Source: Micromonosporaceae bacterium
Lineage (GTDB): Bacteria; Actinomycetota; Actinomycetes; Mycobacteriales; Micromonosporaceae
Assembly: GCA_036557785.1 (NCBI GenBank)
Contig: DATBGZ010000016.1
Coordinates: 2,576-66,575 of the forward strand
Length of the DNA stretch: 64,000 bases
Direction: 5' to 3'
The notes below the pieces were generated by a model. The model had not been told where the DNA came from, made no database searches, and saw nothing but the letters and a program-made list of their open reading frames with translations. The translations under genes and the position numbers were made by a program. Each line of letters begins with the position of its first letter. The first letter of the stretch is position 1. Shown piece by piece: positions 53,578-63,277 of this stretch.

Positions 53578-54522
53578 TCAGTCACGGGAGGTCAGTGCTC
53601 GGGCAAAGAACGCGACGTTCGCGGGTCGCTCGGCCAGCCGGCGCATGAGGTAGCCGTACCACTGCGTGCCGTACGGGAGGTAGACCCGCACGGTGTACCC
53701 GGCCTCGCCGAGCCTGCGCTGCTCGGCGGGGCGTACCCCGTAGAGCATCTGGAACTCGAACGTCTCCGGGGAGCGCTCGAACCACTTCGCCCGGTCCTCG
53801 GCGATCGCCACCAGGCGCGGGTCATGGGTGGCGAGCATCGGATACCCCTCGCCCGACATGAGGATGTTCAGACACCGGACGTACGACTTGTCGATGTCGA
53901 GCCGGTTGGAGTAGGCGACCGACTCGGGCTCGGCGTAGGCGCCCTTGCACAGCCGAACCCGCGACCCGGGCCCGGCCAGTTCCCGGCAGTCGCTCTCGGT
54001 GCGCCGCAGGTACGCCTGCAGGACCGCGCCGGTCTCCGGAAAGTCCGCGCGCAACCGGGTCAGGATCTCCAGCGTCGAATCGGTCGTCGCGTGGTCCTCC
54101 ATGTCGAGCGTCATCGTGGTCCCGGCCTTCGCCGCGGCCGCGCAGATGGCTCGGGCGTGCTCGTAGGCGAGCTTCTCGTCGACCCGCTGGCCCAGCGCGG
54201 AGAGCTTCACGCTGACCTCGGCCATGCTCGGCGCTCCGGGCTCGGCCGCGGGCGTGAGCCCCGCGTCGGCGAGCGCGCCCAGGAGGTGCAGGTACTCATC
54301 CCGGGTGGCATCGGCCTGCTCGCGCGTGCGGGTGTCCTCGCCAAGGTAGTCGAAGGTGACCGCGAGGCCCTCCGCCACCAGGTCCTGCCCGGCCCGAAGA
54401 GCGTCGTCGATGGACGTGCCGGCGACGAAGCGCCGTACGACGTTGCGGGTCACCGGCGCGGTCCCGACGAGCCGCTCGATGCGGGGTGAGCGGGCGGCCG
54501 CCAGGATGACGGATCGAAGCAT
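53578..54522 (-). CDS. proline dehydrogenase
   Basis: Trimmed to MLRSVILAAARSP... It has VTFDYLGEDT, DMEDH, and a C-terminal RVYLPYGTQWYGYLMRRLAERPANVAFF, typical of the PRODH family. Confidence 0.88.
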   Translation of the reverse strand: MLRSVILAAARSPRIERLVGTAPVTRNVVRRFVAGTSIDDALRAGQDLVAEGLAVTFDYLGEDTRTREQADATRDEYLHLLGALADAGLTPAAEPGAPSMAEVSVKLSALGQRVDEKLAYEHARAICAAAAKAGTTMTLDMEDHATTDSTLEILTRLRADFPETGAVLQAYLRRTESDCRELAGPGSRVRLCKGAYAEPESVAYSNRLDIDKSYVRCLNILMSGEGYPMLATHDPRLVAIAEDRAKWFERSPETFEFQMLYGVRPAEQRRLGEAGYTVRVYLPYGTQWYGYLMRRLAERPANVAFFARALTSRD

Positions 54523-54583
54523 GAGACCGACAGTAGTCCCGCTCCCGCTCGCCCGGCCCACGGCAGGCCGCTACGGTGGAGCC

Positions 54584-55222
54584 GTGAACTTCGACGAGTA
54601 CGCGCGCACGGCCGTCGATCTTGCCAATGCCCAGATCGAGACCATGGAGCAGGCGCGTGGCTTCTACGGCGTGGGCAGTTGGCGGGCCGCCGAGGTGACC
54701 GAGAAGGACCTGGCGGTGCTGCGCCGGGGGGCGCGACGCCTGCGCGAGGTGTTCGAGTACGGCTCGGCCGGCCGGGACGCGGAGGCGGTCCACGCGCTTA
54801 ACACGCTCCTCGAGGCACACCCGGTGCAGCCGCGGATCTCGTTCCACAGCGGCAACGACTGGCATATGCACGTGACCAGCCGCGGGGCATCAGTGGCGGC
54901 CGAGCACATGGCCGGCGCCGTGTGGGGCCTCGCAGTCTGGCTCTGCGAGTTCGGCAGCAACCGGTTCGGCGTGTGTGCCGATGAGCGCTGCGGCAACGTC
55001 TACCTCGACACGTCGTCGAACTGCTGCCGGCGTTTCTGCTCGGAGCGGTGCGCCACCCGATCGCACGTCGCGGCGCACCGGGCGCGCAAGCGGGCCGTGC
55101 TCGGCGAGGCCGGGGGCGAAGAGGCCACCGCGGAGACGACCGAGCGGGTCGCCCCGGGCACTGCTCCGGTCGCTGGAGCGGAGGCCGGCCCGGGTAGCCG
55201 TCCGCTCGTCCCGGCCCTGTAG
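54584..55222 (+). CDS. CGNR zinc-finger (ABATE domain) protein
   Basis: Trimmed to the GTG at 54584. The C-terminal motif is CADERCGNVYLDTSSNCCRRFCSERCATRSHVAAHRARK (CGNR zinc finger). Confidence 0.8.
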   Translation: MNFDEYARTAVDLANAQIETMEQARGFYGVGSWRAAEVTEKDLAVLRRGARRLREVFEYGSAGRDAEAVHALNTLLEAHPVQPRISFHSGNDWHMHVTSRGASVAAEHMAGAVWGLAVWLCEFGSNRFGVCADERCGNVYLDTSSNCCRRFCSERCATRSHVAAHRARKRAVLGEAGGEEATAETTERVAPGTAPVAGAEAGPGSRPLVPAL

Positions 55223-55237
55223 CCGTACCCGGCACGC

Positions 55238-56077
55238 TCAAGCCGTACGGGCGGGCCTCGCGTGCTGGGCCAGGTGCTCGCGCGCGAAGGCCAGCGCCTC
55301 GGCGAGGTCGTCCGCGCGCGCACGCCGGGAGCGGGCCTTGCGGGTGGAGACCTCGACCGCGACCGAGCCGGTGAACCCGCGATCGCGCAGCGAGGCGAGC
55401 AGCGGACCACACGGCTGGCTGCCGCGGCCGGGCACGAGATGCTCGTCGCGCCCCTCGCCGGTGCCATCGCCGAGGTGCACATGGCGCAGCGCGCTGCCCA
55501 TCGCGTCGGCCATGGCGATCGCGTCGGTACGCGCGGCGGCGCAGTGCGACAGATCCAGGGTGTACGCGTCGAAGCCGAAGCGACTCGGGTTCCAGCCGGG
55601 CAGGTACGGCACGAACTCACGTCCGCGCACCCGGACCGGATACATGTTCTCCACCGCGAAGTCGATGTCGGGGTGGCGCTTGTGCAACTTGCTCAGGCCG
55701 GCGCCGAAACCGGTGGCGTACTCGCGTTGCCAGGCGAACGGGGGATGGACGACCACGGTCGAGGCGCCCAACTGAGTGGCCAACGCGGCTGAGCGGCGCA
55801 GCTTCTCCCACGGCTCGGTGCCCCACACCCGCAGCGTGATGAGCAGGCACGGCGCGTGCACCGAGCGGACCGGCATGGCGTAGTGCTCGGAGAGAACCTT
55901 CAACGCGGCGGCGTCCTGGCTGACCGGGTCGGTCCAGACCATGACCTCGACACCGTCGTAACCGAGGGCCGCCGCCATCTCGAACGCGGCGGCAGTGGGT
56001 TCGGGGAACACCGATGACGTGGAGAGCACCACGGGGGTGTGCCGGCTGGGCGGGTCGCTCGGGTGCGGGGAGGCCAC
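55238..56077 (-). CDS. sugar phosphate isomerase/epimerase (xylose-isomerase-like TIM barrel)
   Basis: Trimmed to the GTG at 56077. It has AAFEMAAALGYDGVEVMVW, HAPCLL and VENM. Position downstream of ppx matches mycobacteria (Rv0498-like). Confidence 0.8.
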   Translation of the reverse strand: MASPHPSDPPSRHTPVVLSTSSVFPEPTAAAFEMAAALGYDGVEVMVWTDPVSQDAAALKVLSEHYAMPVRSVHAPCLLITLRVWGTEPWEKLRRSAALATQLGASTVVVHPPFAWQREYATGFGAGLSKLHKRHPDIDFAVENMYPVRVRGREFVPYLPGWNPSRFGFDAYTLDLSHCAAARTDAIAMADAMGSALRHVHLGDGTGEGRDEHLVPGRGSQPCGPLLASLRDRGFTGSVAVEVSTRKARSRRARADDLAEALAFAREHLAQHARPARTA

Positions 56078-56112
56078 CGTCTCAGGGTAGCCCCGGTGCC
56101 GGGGCGCGCCGG

Positions 56113-57060
56113 TCAGGCTGACGCGACGGCGTCCAGGCGGCGCAGAATCACGCCCTCCCGCAGCGCCCACGGGCAGATGTCGACCTGCTCCAGGCCGAGC
56201 GCCCGCATCGCCTCCTCGGCCACGATCGCGCCGGCGAGCAACTGGTGTGCACGCTGGGGGCTGACCCCGTCCATCTCCGCCAGCGCCGCCGAGGGCATGC
56301 GCTGGATGAACCCCAGGACCTGATGCAGGCCCGTGCGGGTCAGCGACCGTGGCGCGCGGAAACCGTCCGCGGAGGGCGCGGCGCCGGCGAGTCGGGCGAG
56401 GGTGCGGAACGTCTTGGACGTGGCGGCCGCCCGGTCCCATTCGCCGACCGGTATCCCGTCCCGATTGCCGGTCGCGTCCGTCACCGGCTCCAGGTGCCGC
56501 GCCACGTGCTCGCGCAGGTCGTCCACCTCGACGGCGGGCGGCGGGTCGGCGGAGAAGCGCTCCCGGGACAGCCGCCCCGCGCCGAGCGGCAGGGAGAGCG
56601 CGACGCCCGGCTCCTCATCGACGCCGGTCGCGATCTCGAGCGAGCCACCACCGATGTCGAGCACGAGCAGCCTGCCGGCCGACCAGCCAAACCATCGACG
56701 TACGGCGAGAAAGGTCAACCGTGCCTCCCAGCCGCCGGAGAGTACCTGCAGGTCGACGCCGGTCTCCTCACGTATCCGGGACAGCACCGCGCCGGAGTTG
56801 GTCGCGTCGCGGACCGCCGAGGTCGCGAACGCGACCATGTCGTCGACCTCATGCTGGGTCGCCGCCGCGCGGGCCGAAGCGACCGCCTTCACCAGGTCGT
56901 CGGCCGCGTCGGCGTCGAGCGTGCCGTCGCGACCGATGCGCTCGCTGAGCCGCAGCACGCTCTTCTCGGAATAGGCCGGCCACGGGTGCGCGCCGCGGTG
57001 GGCATCCACCACGAGCAGATGGACTGTGTTCGATCCCACGTCCAGCACGCCGAGCCTCAT
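56113..57060 (-). CDS. ppx: Ppx/GppA-family exopolyphosphatase
   Basis: Trimmed to MRLGVLDVGSNTVHLLVVD... (315 aa). It has the ASKHA-fold motifs DIGGGSLE and ATSAVRDA. Confidence 0.9.
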   Translation of the reverse strand: MRLGVLDVGSNTVHLLVVDAHRGAHPWPAYSEKSVLRLSERIGRDGTLDADAADDLVKAVASARAAATQHEVDDMVAFATSAVRDATNSGAVLSRIREETGVDLQVLSGGWEARLTFLAVRRWFGWSAGRLLVLDIGGGSLEIATGVDEEPGVALSLPLGAGRLSRERFSADPPPAVEVDDLREHVARHLEPVTDATGNRDGIPVGEWDRAAATSKTFRTLARLAGAAPSADGFRAPRSLTRTGLHQVLGFIQRMPSAALAEMDGVSPQRAHQLLAGAIVAEEAMRALGLEQVDICPWALREGVILRRLDAVASA

Positions 57061-57152
57061 GAGGGCCAGCGTATGCCCGTTGCGCGGGTATCCGTGGCAG
57101 GGCAGCGTCGCGCCGTGGCATCGGCGACCTGCGCGAGCGTTACCCTTGCGCG

Positions 57153-58037
57153 ATGAGCAGTCGCCCCCGTGCACTTCACCGCAGCGAGGTGCCGGCGCGC
57201 CTCACTCTCGACCCGGACAGCTCGGACGGCCCAGCGCGCGCGGGGGACGGCAGCCCACGCAGCCGGGAGGTGGGGCTGGACTTCCCCCGGGAGTGGCTGG
57301 AGTTCACCGATCCCGCCAACCCCGACCACCTCATCCGTGCGGATATGACGTGGCTGCTGTCGCGGTGGACATGCATCTTCGGGCGTGGATGCCATGGCAT
57401 CGTCGAGGGTCGAGGAGTCGACGGGTGCTGCTCGCACGGCGCGTTCTTCACCGACAGCGATGACGAGAAGCGACTGCGCGCCGCGGTGAAGTTGCTGACT
57501 CCACAGACGTGGCAACACTTCCGGCGCGGGTTCGCCAACTACACGGAGATGGACACGGTCGACGGCACGACTCCGGCGCGTCGCACCGCCACCCGTCCGG
57601 ACGGCCCGTGCGTCTTCCTCAACGACCCGGACTTCCCCGGTGGCTACGGGTGCGCGCTGCACGCGCAGGCCCTGCGCGATGGCCGGCATCCGCTGGAGTA
57701 CAAGCCCGATGTCTGCTGGCAACTACCGATCCGTCGCGACCAGGAGTGGACGAAGCGGGTCGACGGATCGAAGATCCTGCTGACCGTGCTCGCCGAGTTC
57801 GACCGGCGCGGCTGGGGCGAGGGGGGCCACGACCTGCACTGGTGGTGCACCTCGTCGCCCGAGGCTCACGTGGGTGGGGAACCGATGTACCGGTCCTATG
57901 GGCCGGAGCTGACCGCCCTCATCGGGGAGAAGGCGTACGACAAGCTGGCGCAGCTCTGTGATGCGCGCGAGCGCTCCGGCCTCGTCGCCGTCCACCCCGC
58001 GACGACGGCCGCCGCGCGCACGGCCGGTCAGCGCTAG
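57153..58037 (+). CDS. conserved actinobacterial hypothetical protein with Cys-rich cluster (Rv0495c-like)
   Basis: 294-aa ORF divergent from ppx. Motifs are [28 protein letters not shown], and later GPCVFLN...GYGCALH and VCWQLP. Confidence 0.6.
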   Translation: MSSRPRALHRSEVPARLTLDPDSSDGPARAGDGSPRSREVGLDFPREWLEFTDPANPDHLIRADMTWLLSRWTCIFGRGCHGIVEGRGVDGCCSHGAFFTDSDDEKRLRAAVKLLTPQTWQHFRRGFANYTEMDTVDGTTPARRTATRPDGPCVFLNDPDFPGGYGCALHAQALRDGRHPLEYKPDVCWQLPIRRDQEWTKRVDGSKILLTVLAEFDRRGWGEGGHDLHWWCTSSPEAHVGGEPMYRSYGPELTALIGEKAYDKLAQLCDARERSGLVAVHPATTAAARTAGQR

Positions 58038-58786
58038 GCGGCGTAGCCCTTGGTGGCGATCCAGTCCGCCATGACGGCGACAGGAACCTGGTACTCGTTG
58101 CTACCGATCCGGTCCGCGGGGTCGGTGACCGTGACCAACCCGCCCGAGTCGGTGTACCCGGTGATCGATACGTAGTGCCCGCCGTTGTACGAGTGCATCG
58201 CCCCGGCCGTGTCGAAGATCGTGCCCTTGATGTTCGCCACCACGACATCGCCCGCGCTGATCGTCGAGACAACGTCGCTACGCAACTTCTTGACCTGGGC
58301 CGTCGTCGCCGATCGCTCCGGGATCTGCACCGACGCGTAGCGCCCGTCGCCGTAGTAGCCGTTGAGCACCCGGGTGACATCGAGGATCGAGTTGGTGCCG
58401 TGGCGCGTCGTGCCCAGGCCATAGGCGATCGTGTCGAAGGTCGGCAGGATGCCGTGCGCCGAGAGCGCGATGCGCGTCGCCGCCGGCCCGCAGTACCAGC
58501 CGTTGGGCTGAAGCGCGCCGACATAGTTGGCGACCCGCCCGGTCGGGGCGACGGCGGCCACGACAGCCGCCACGGGTACAGCCTGGTCCGCCGACCCTAC
58601 GGCCGCCCCGAGGTCGGCCGGCGTGAGCGGGTCGGCTGGCGCACTCACCGGGCCTGGCGCCGCGGGTCCCGCGGCCAGCGCCGGACCGGCGATCGCGGTG
58701 AGGCCGAGCGTCGCGCCGAGCGCGGCGACGCCGACGGCGACGCGACGACGGTTCGCACTGATCGTGGGCAGCCAGGCGTACCTCAC
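58034..58786 (-). CDS. secreted peptidase C39-like / papain-fold domain protein
   Basis: 250-aa ORF with a GTG start and a signal-peptide-like N-terminus ([26 protein letters not shown]). It has [18 protein letters not shown] (nucleophile Cys), [10 protein letters not shown] (His) and VTVTDPA. Confidence 0.65.
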   Translation of the reverse strand: MRYAWLPTISANRRRVAVGVAALGATLGLTAIAGPALAAGPAAPGPVSAPADPLTPADLGAAVGSADQAVPVAAVVAAVAPTGRVANYVGALQPNGWYCGPAATRIALSAHGILPTFDTIAYGLGTTRHGTNSILDVTRVLNGYYGDGRYASVQIPERSATTAQVKKLRSDVVSTISAGDVVVANIKGTIFDTAGAMHSYNGGHYVSITGYTDSGGLVTVTDPADRIGSNEYQVPVAVMADWIATKGYAA

Positions 58787-58978
58787 GGCGGCTCCTTACC
58801 GGTTGGGGACGAGAAGGAGTCGCTATCGTAAAGCACTATTCGGACTATTCAGGAAGTGTCGGTTTTCACATAATGCGCGAGCTGAATGCGCTTTGCGAAG
58901 CTCCGAATACGGAATGTAGTCGCGCGATTCCGAATTCCCGGCTCCGTATCCAGGCGACTACGGTGCGTGTCGGCAGAG

Positions 58979-59623
58979 TCAGACGAGCTGCTCGCCCGTG
59001 ACGAAGAAGTACATGTGGTGGCCAGCGTTGACAGCGTGGTCGGCGTAGCGCTCGTAGAAGCGGCCGAGCAGCGCGCCGTCGACGGCCGCCTCGACACCGT
59101 GGCGCCACGCCGCCCCGAGGAGCACGACGAACAGGCCCTTGTGCAGCTCGTCCATCGCGTCGTCCTCGATCTCCAACTCGGCGGCGCGGGGAGCGTCGGG
59201 CCGGGCCAGAACCTTGCTGATCTTCGCCGCGATGCGGTCCGCGACGGCAGCCATATCGCGGAAGATGGCGACCAACTCGTCGGGCACGGCGCGAACCGGA
59301 TGGCGACGCAGCGCGGTCTTCGCCACATGCTTGGCGAGGTCGCCCATGCGCTCGATGTCCCAGGCCGTATGCAGCGCGGTCACCACGAGCCGAAGGTCGG
59401 AGGCGACCGGGGCCTGCAGGGCCAGCAGCCCGTACACCTTGTCCTCGACCCGCCGGTGCAGGTCGTTGACGACCGTGTCGCCGGCGACGACACCCTCCGC
59501 GACACCGGCATCGGCATCGAGCAGGGCCTTGGTGGCGCGCCTCATCGCGTCGCGCACCTCGTCGGCCATGGCCACGAGCAGATCTCTGACCTCGGCCAAC
59601 TCGGCCTGAAACTCCTCGCGCAT
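58979..59623 (-). CDS. phoU: phosphate signalling complex protein PhoU
   Basis: Trimmed to MREEFQAELAEVRDLL... (214 aa). It has two PhoU repeats (E.MGDLAKHVAK / ERYADHAVNAG). Confidence 0.92.
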   Translation of the reverse strand: MREEFQAELAEVRDLLVAMADEVRDAMRRATKALLDADAGVAEGVVAGDTVVNDLHRRVEDKVYGLLALQAPVASDLRLVVTALHTAWDIERMGDLAKHVAKTALRRHPVRAVPDELVAIFRDMAAVADRIAAKISKVLARPDAPRAAELEIEDDAMDELHKGLFVVLLGAAWRHGVEAAVDGALLGRFYERYADHAVNAGHHMYFFVTGEQLV

Positions 59624-59692
59624 CGCTTCTCCTCCGCCTGTCCCGGGCACGTTCGACCGACCGTAGGTGGCGGCCGCTCGGCCACGGTGGAG

Positions 59693-59725
59693 CAGGGGTG
59701 AACGCCGAGCGCCGGATGGGTGAAC
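59693..59725 (-). promoter_or_regulatory. PHO-box-like direct repeats (3 x 11 nt; GTTCACCCATC-cggcgctcggc-GTTCACCCCTG on the minus strand)
   Basis: Located in the divergent phoU / phoR-phoP intergenic region. GTTCACC-type 11-nt direct repeat units are the established PhoP operator architecture in Streptomyces. Two good units flank one degenerate unit. Confidence 0.5.
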
Positions 59726-59832
59726 TTTCCCCCACAAGATCCGGGTCTGCCTGCCGTGATCGGGTGGCACGCTTATTGTGCCGCCTACCATCGGCGGCGG
59801 TAGCGGTCAGGCGCCGGCGTGGGGAGGTGGCG

Positions 59833-60999
59833 ATGGTCTGGAGTCGTAGGTCGGAACGAGTGCCGGCCGGCCGGCTCGCCACCGACGCGCTGGACTCGCT
59901 GCGGGTGGGAGTGCTGATCCTCGACGCCACCGACACGCCGGTGCTGATGAATCCCGCCGCGGCTGGCCTCGGCCTGCTGCGCAAGGGCGAGGGCCCGCAG
60001 CAGGTCCACCCGGCCCTGCGGACGCTCGCGGGCCAGGTCCGCCGCAGCGGCACCCGGCGCGAGGTCGAGCTCGACCTGCCCCGCACGACCGGACGTACGG
60101 GTGGTCGTACGGTCGCCGGCGAACCCTGGGGCGTACGGGTACGGGTGACGGCGCTCACGGGCGAGGAGTACCTGCCGGGCCATGTGGCGATCGAGGCGAC
60201 CGACGTCACCGAGGTGCACCGCGTCGCCCGGGTGCGGCGCGACTTCGTGGCGAACGTCAGCCACGAACTCAAGACCCCCGTGGGGGCGCTCGCGCTGCTC
60301 GCCGAGACCCTGATCGAGGCGCTGGACGACCCCGAGGCGACGCGGCGCTTCGCCGAGCGCATCCACCACGAGACACAGCGGCTGGCGCGCCTGGTCAAGG
60401 AGCTGCTGGAGCTGTCGCGGCTGCAGGGCGCGGAACCGCTGCCGAGCCCGGTTCCCGCCGCCGTCGACCGGATCGTGGCCGAGGCCGTGGACCGTACTCG
60501 GACCGGCGCGGCGGCCAAGGACATCGAGATCAGTCACACCGGAGCGCGCCGCCTGCGGGTCTACGGCAACGAGGGACAGCTCGTGACCGCGGTGGCGAAC
60601 CTGATCGAGAACGCGATCGCCTACAGCCCCGAAGGGACGCTGGTCTCGATCGAGGCGAGCCGCGTCGATGACCAGGTGTGCATCGCGGTCGCCGACCAGG
60701 GCATCGGCATAGCCCCGAAGGATCTCGACCGTATCTTCGAGCGCTTCTACCGCGCCGACCAGGCGAGGTCCCGCGACACGGGCGGCACCGGGTTGGGCCT
60801 GGCGATCGTCCGGCACATCGCGGTGAATCACGGCGGTCGGGTGGAGGTGACCTCCGAGGTGGGCGTCGGCTCGACCTTCACCCTGCGGCTGCCGGCACGA
60901 CCCCCGGAGGCCGCTCTGCCGCTACCACCGGGTATTGAGATCGACGCCGAAGGCTCCGACGTCGTCACGTCAGGTACGAAGCAAGGGGGTAATCCGTGA
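59833..60999 (+). CDS. phoR: phosphate-sensing histidine kinase (PhoR / SenX3 orthologue)
   Basis: I chose the ATG at 59833. It has an H-box FVANVSHELKTPVGAL, an N-box LIENAIAYSP, and G-boxes DQGIGI / GGTGLGLAIV. It overlaps the response regulator gene. Confidence 0.88.
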   Translation: MVWSRRSERVPAGRLATDALDSLRVGVLILDATDTPVLMNPAAAGLGLLRKGEGPQQVHPALRTLAGQVRRSGTRREVELDLPRTTGRTGGRTVAGEPWGVRVRVTALTGEEYLPGHVAIEATDVTEVHRVARVRRDFVANVSHELKTPVGALALLAETLIEALDDPEATRRFAERIHHETQRLARLVKELLELSRLQGAEPLPSPVPAAVDRIVAEAVDRTRTGAAAKDIEISHTGARRLRVYGNEGQLVTAVANLIENAIAYSPEGTLVSIEASRVDDQVCIAVADQGIGIAPKDLDRIFERFYRADQARSRDTGGTGLGLAIVRHIAVNHGGRVEVTSEVGVGSTFTLRLPARPPEAALPLPPGIEIDAEGSDVVTSGTKQGGNP

Positions 61000-61676
61000 C
61001 ACGGGTGCTGGTCGTGGAGGACGAGGAGTCCTTCTCCGACGCGCTCTCCTACATGCTGCGGCGGGAGGGCTTCGAGGTCGCCGTCGCGACGACCGGGGGC
61101 CATGCGCTGACCGAGTTCGACCGCAACGGCGCGGACATCGTGCTGCTCGATCTCATGCTGCCGGAGATGTCGGGCACCGAGGTATGCCGGCGCTTGCGCC
61201 AGACCTCGGCGGTCCCGATCATCATGGTCACTGCCCGCGACAGCGAGATCGACAAAGTGGTCGGCCTCGAAATTGGCGCGGATGACTACGTGACCAAGCC
61301 GTACTCGCCGCGCGAGCTCGTGGCGAGGGTGCGCGCGGTGCTGCGCCGCAACGCCGAGGGGGAGCAGACCAGCGCCCAGCCACTCGCGGCGGGCCCCGTC
61401 CGGATGGATGTCGAGCGGCATGTCGTCACCGTCTCGGGCGACCCCGTTGCCTTGCCGCTCAAGGAGTTCGAGCTGCTCGAGCTGCTGCTGCGCAACGCTG
61501 GCCGGGTGCTCACCCGCGGTCAGCTCATCGACCGGATCTGGGGTTCGGACTACGTGGGCGACACGAAGACCCTCGATGTGCACATCAAGCGCCTGCGCGC
61601 CAAGATCGAGCCAGAGCCGGCCAACCCACGCCACATCGTCACGGTCCGCGGCCTCGGGTACAAGTTCGAGCCCTGA
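60996..61676 (+). CDS. phoP: OmpR-family phosphate response regulator (PhoP / RegX3 orthologue)
   Basis: 226-aa ORF: MTRVLVVEDEESFSDALSYMLRREGFEV...DIVLLDLMLPEMSG...DDYVTKPYSPRELVARV, with a C-terminal winged helix (TVRGLGYKF). Confidence 0.93.
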   Translation: MTRVLVVEDEESFSDALSYMLRREGFEVAVATTGGHALTEFDRNGADIVLLDLMLPEMSGTEVCRRLRQTSAVPIIMVTARDSEIDKVVGLEIGADDYVTKPYSPRELVARVRAVLRRNAEGEQTSAQPLAAGPVRMDVERHVVTVSGDPVALPLKEFELLELLLRNAGRVLTRGQLIDRIWGSDYVGDTKTLDVHIKRLRAKIEPEPANPRHIVTVRGLGYKFEP

Positions 61677-61720
61677 CCGGTCACGCCGGGAGTGGGCCCG
61701 GCGCGGCCGCCCGCTGCTGA

Positions 61721-63259
61721 CTACTCGGGTCGGACCAGCGGGAAGAGGATCGTCTCGCGGATGCCGAGTCCGGTCAGCGCCATGAGCAGCCGGTCGATGC
61801 CCATGCCCATCCCGCCCATCGGCGGCAGCCCGTACTCCATGGCCCGCAGAAAGTCCTCGTCCAGCCGCATCGCCTCGGGGTCTCCCTTCGCGGCGAGCAG
61901 TGCCTGGGCTTGGAACCGCTCGCGCTGGATCACCGGGTCGACCAACTCGGAGTACCCGGTGGCGAGCTCGAAGCCGCGGACGTAGAGGTCCCACTTCTCG
62001 GTCACGCCCGGCTCACTGCGGTGCGCCCGGACCAGCGGGCTGGTCTCCTCGGGGTAGTCGCGCACGAACGTCGGCTGCTGGAGCTTCGGCTGCACCAGGG
62101 CCTCGAAGAGCTCCTCGGCCAGCTTGCCCGGTCCGACGTGCTCGGGTATCGCCAGCCCGACCTTCTCGGCATAACTGGCCAACGTACCGCGCGGTGTCGC
62201 GACGGTGACCGGTTCGCCGAGGGCCTCGGAGAGACTGCCGAAGAGCGTGACCTGCTGCCACGCCCCGCCGAGGTCGAACTCGGTGCCGTCGGAGTGAGTG
62301 ACCGTGGTCGATCCAGCAACCGCGGTGGCCGCCTCCTGGATCAGCTCCCGGGTCAGGTCGCCGATCGAGTTGTAGTCGCCGTACGCCTGGTACGCCTCGA
62401 GCATCGCGAATTCCGGCGAGTGAGAAGAGTCCATCCCTTCATTGCGGAAGTTGCGGTTGATCTCGAAGACCCGCTCGATGCCGCCGACCACGCAGCGCTT
62501 GAGGTAGAGCTCGGGTGCGATCCGTAGATACAGGTCAATATCGAGCGCGTTGCTATGGGTGACGAACGGCCGGGCCGCCGCCCCGCCGTGCAGCAACTGG
62601 AGCATGGGCGTCTCGACTTCGAGAAAGCCTCGGCGGTCGAACGAGTCGCGCAGGGCTCGCACCACGGCCGAGCGTGCCCGTACGGTCGTGCGCGCCTGCG
62701 GTCGCAGGATCAGGTCGACGTAGCGCTGCCGGACCCTGGCCTCCTCGGACATCGCCTTGTGCGCCACCGGCAGCGGCCTCAGTGCCTTGGCCGCCATGCT
62801 CCACACATCAGCGAGCACCGACAGCTCACCCCGCTTGCTGGTGATCACCTCGCCCGAGATCGCGACGATGTCGCCGAGATCGACCAGGCGCTTCCAGGCC
62901 TCGAGTGCGTCGGCGCCGACCCGGTCGAGCGAGAGCATCGCCTGCAGTTCGGTGCCGTCGCCCTCGCGCAGCGTCGCGAAGCAGAGCTTGCCGGTGTTGC
63001 GCAGGAACATGACCCGACCGGCCACCCCCACCCGTACCCCCGTCGTGGCATCGACCGGGAGGTCGGCGTGCGCGGCCCGGACCTCGGCGAGGCTGTGGGT
63101 GCGCTCGACCTGCACGGGGTAGGCCTGAGCGCCGTCGGCGAGCAGCCGCTCGCGCTTGTCCCGGCGAATCCGCATCTGCTCGGGCAGGTCGTCCTCGGGC
63201 GCTGAACCGTTCTGCTCGGCCACGAAGGGGAGCCTACTGACCCACGCGGCCGCTCTCAT
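61721..63259 (-). CDS. lysS: lysine--tRNA ligase (class II)
   Basis: 512-aa ORF with an OB anticodon domain ([21 protein letters not shown]). Class II motifs are [29 protein letters not shown] and [13 protein letters not shown]. The start may be the GTG at 63222. Confidence 0.93.
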   Translation of the reverse strand: MRAAAWVSRLPFVAEQNGSAPEDDLPEQMRIRRDKRERLLADGAQAYPVQVERTHSLAEVRAAHADLPVDATTGVRVGVAGRVMFLRNTGKLCFATLREGDGTELQAMLSLDRVGADALEAWKRLVDLGDIVAISGEVITSKRGELSVLADVWSMAAKALRPLPVAHKAMSEEARVRQRYVDLILRPQARTTVRARSAVVRALRDSFDRRGFLEVETPMLQLLHGGAAARPFVTHSNALDIDLYLRIAPELYLKRCVVGGIERVFEINRNFRNEGMDSSHSPEFAMLEAYQAYGDYNSIGDLTRELIQEAATAVAGSTTVTHSDGTEFDLGGAWQQVTLFGSLSEALGEPVTVATPRGTLASYAEKVGLAIPEHVGPGKLAEELFEALVQPKLQQPTFVRDYPEETSPLVRAHRSEPGVTEKWDLYVRGFELATGYSELVDPVIQRERFQAQALLAAKGDPEAMRLDEDFLRAMEYGLPPMGGMGMGIDRLLMALTGLGIRETILFPLVRPE

Positions 63260-63277
63260 CAGACATACCGTGGGCGG

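Noticed and set aside
58866-60524. 552-aa minus-strand ORF overlapping phoU and antisense to phoR
   Set aside because: It conflicts with two well-supported genes, PhoU (in another frame) and the PhoR kinase. Its Arg/Ser/Ala-rich composition shows no motifs.
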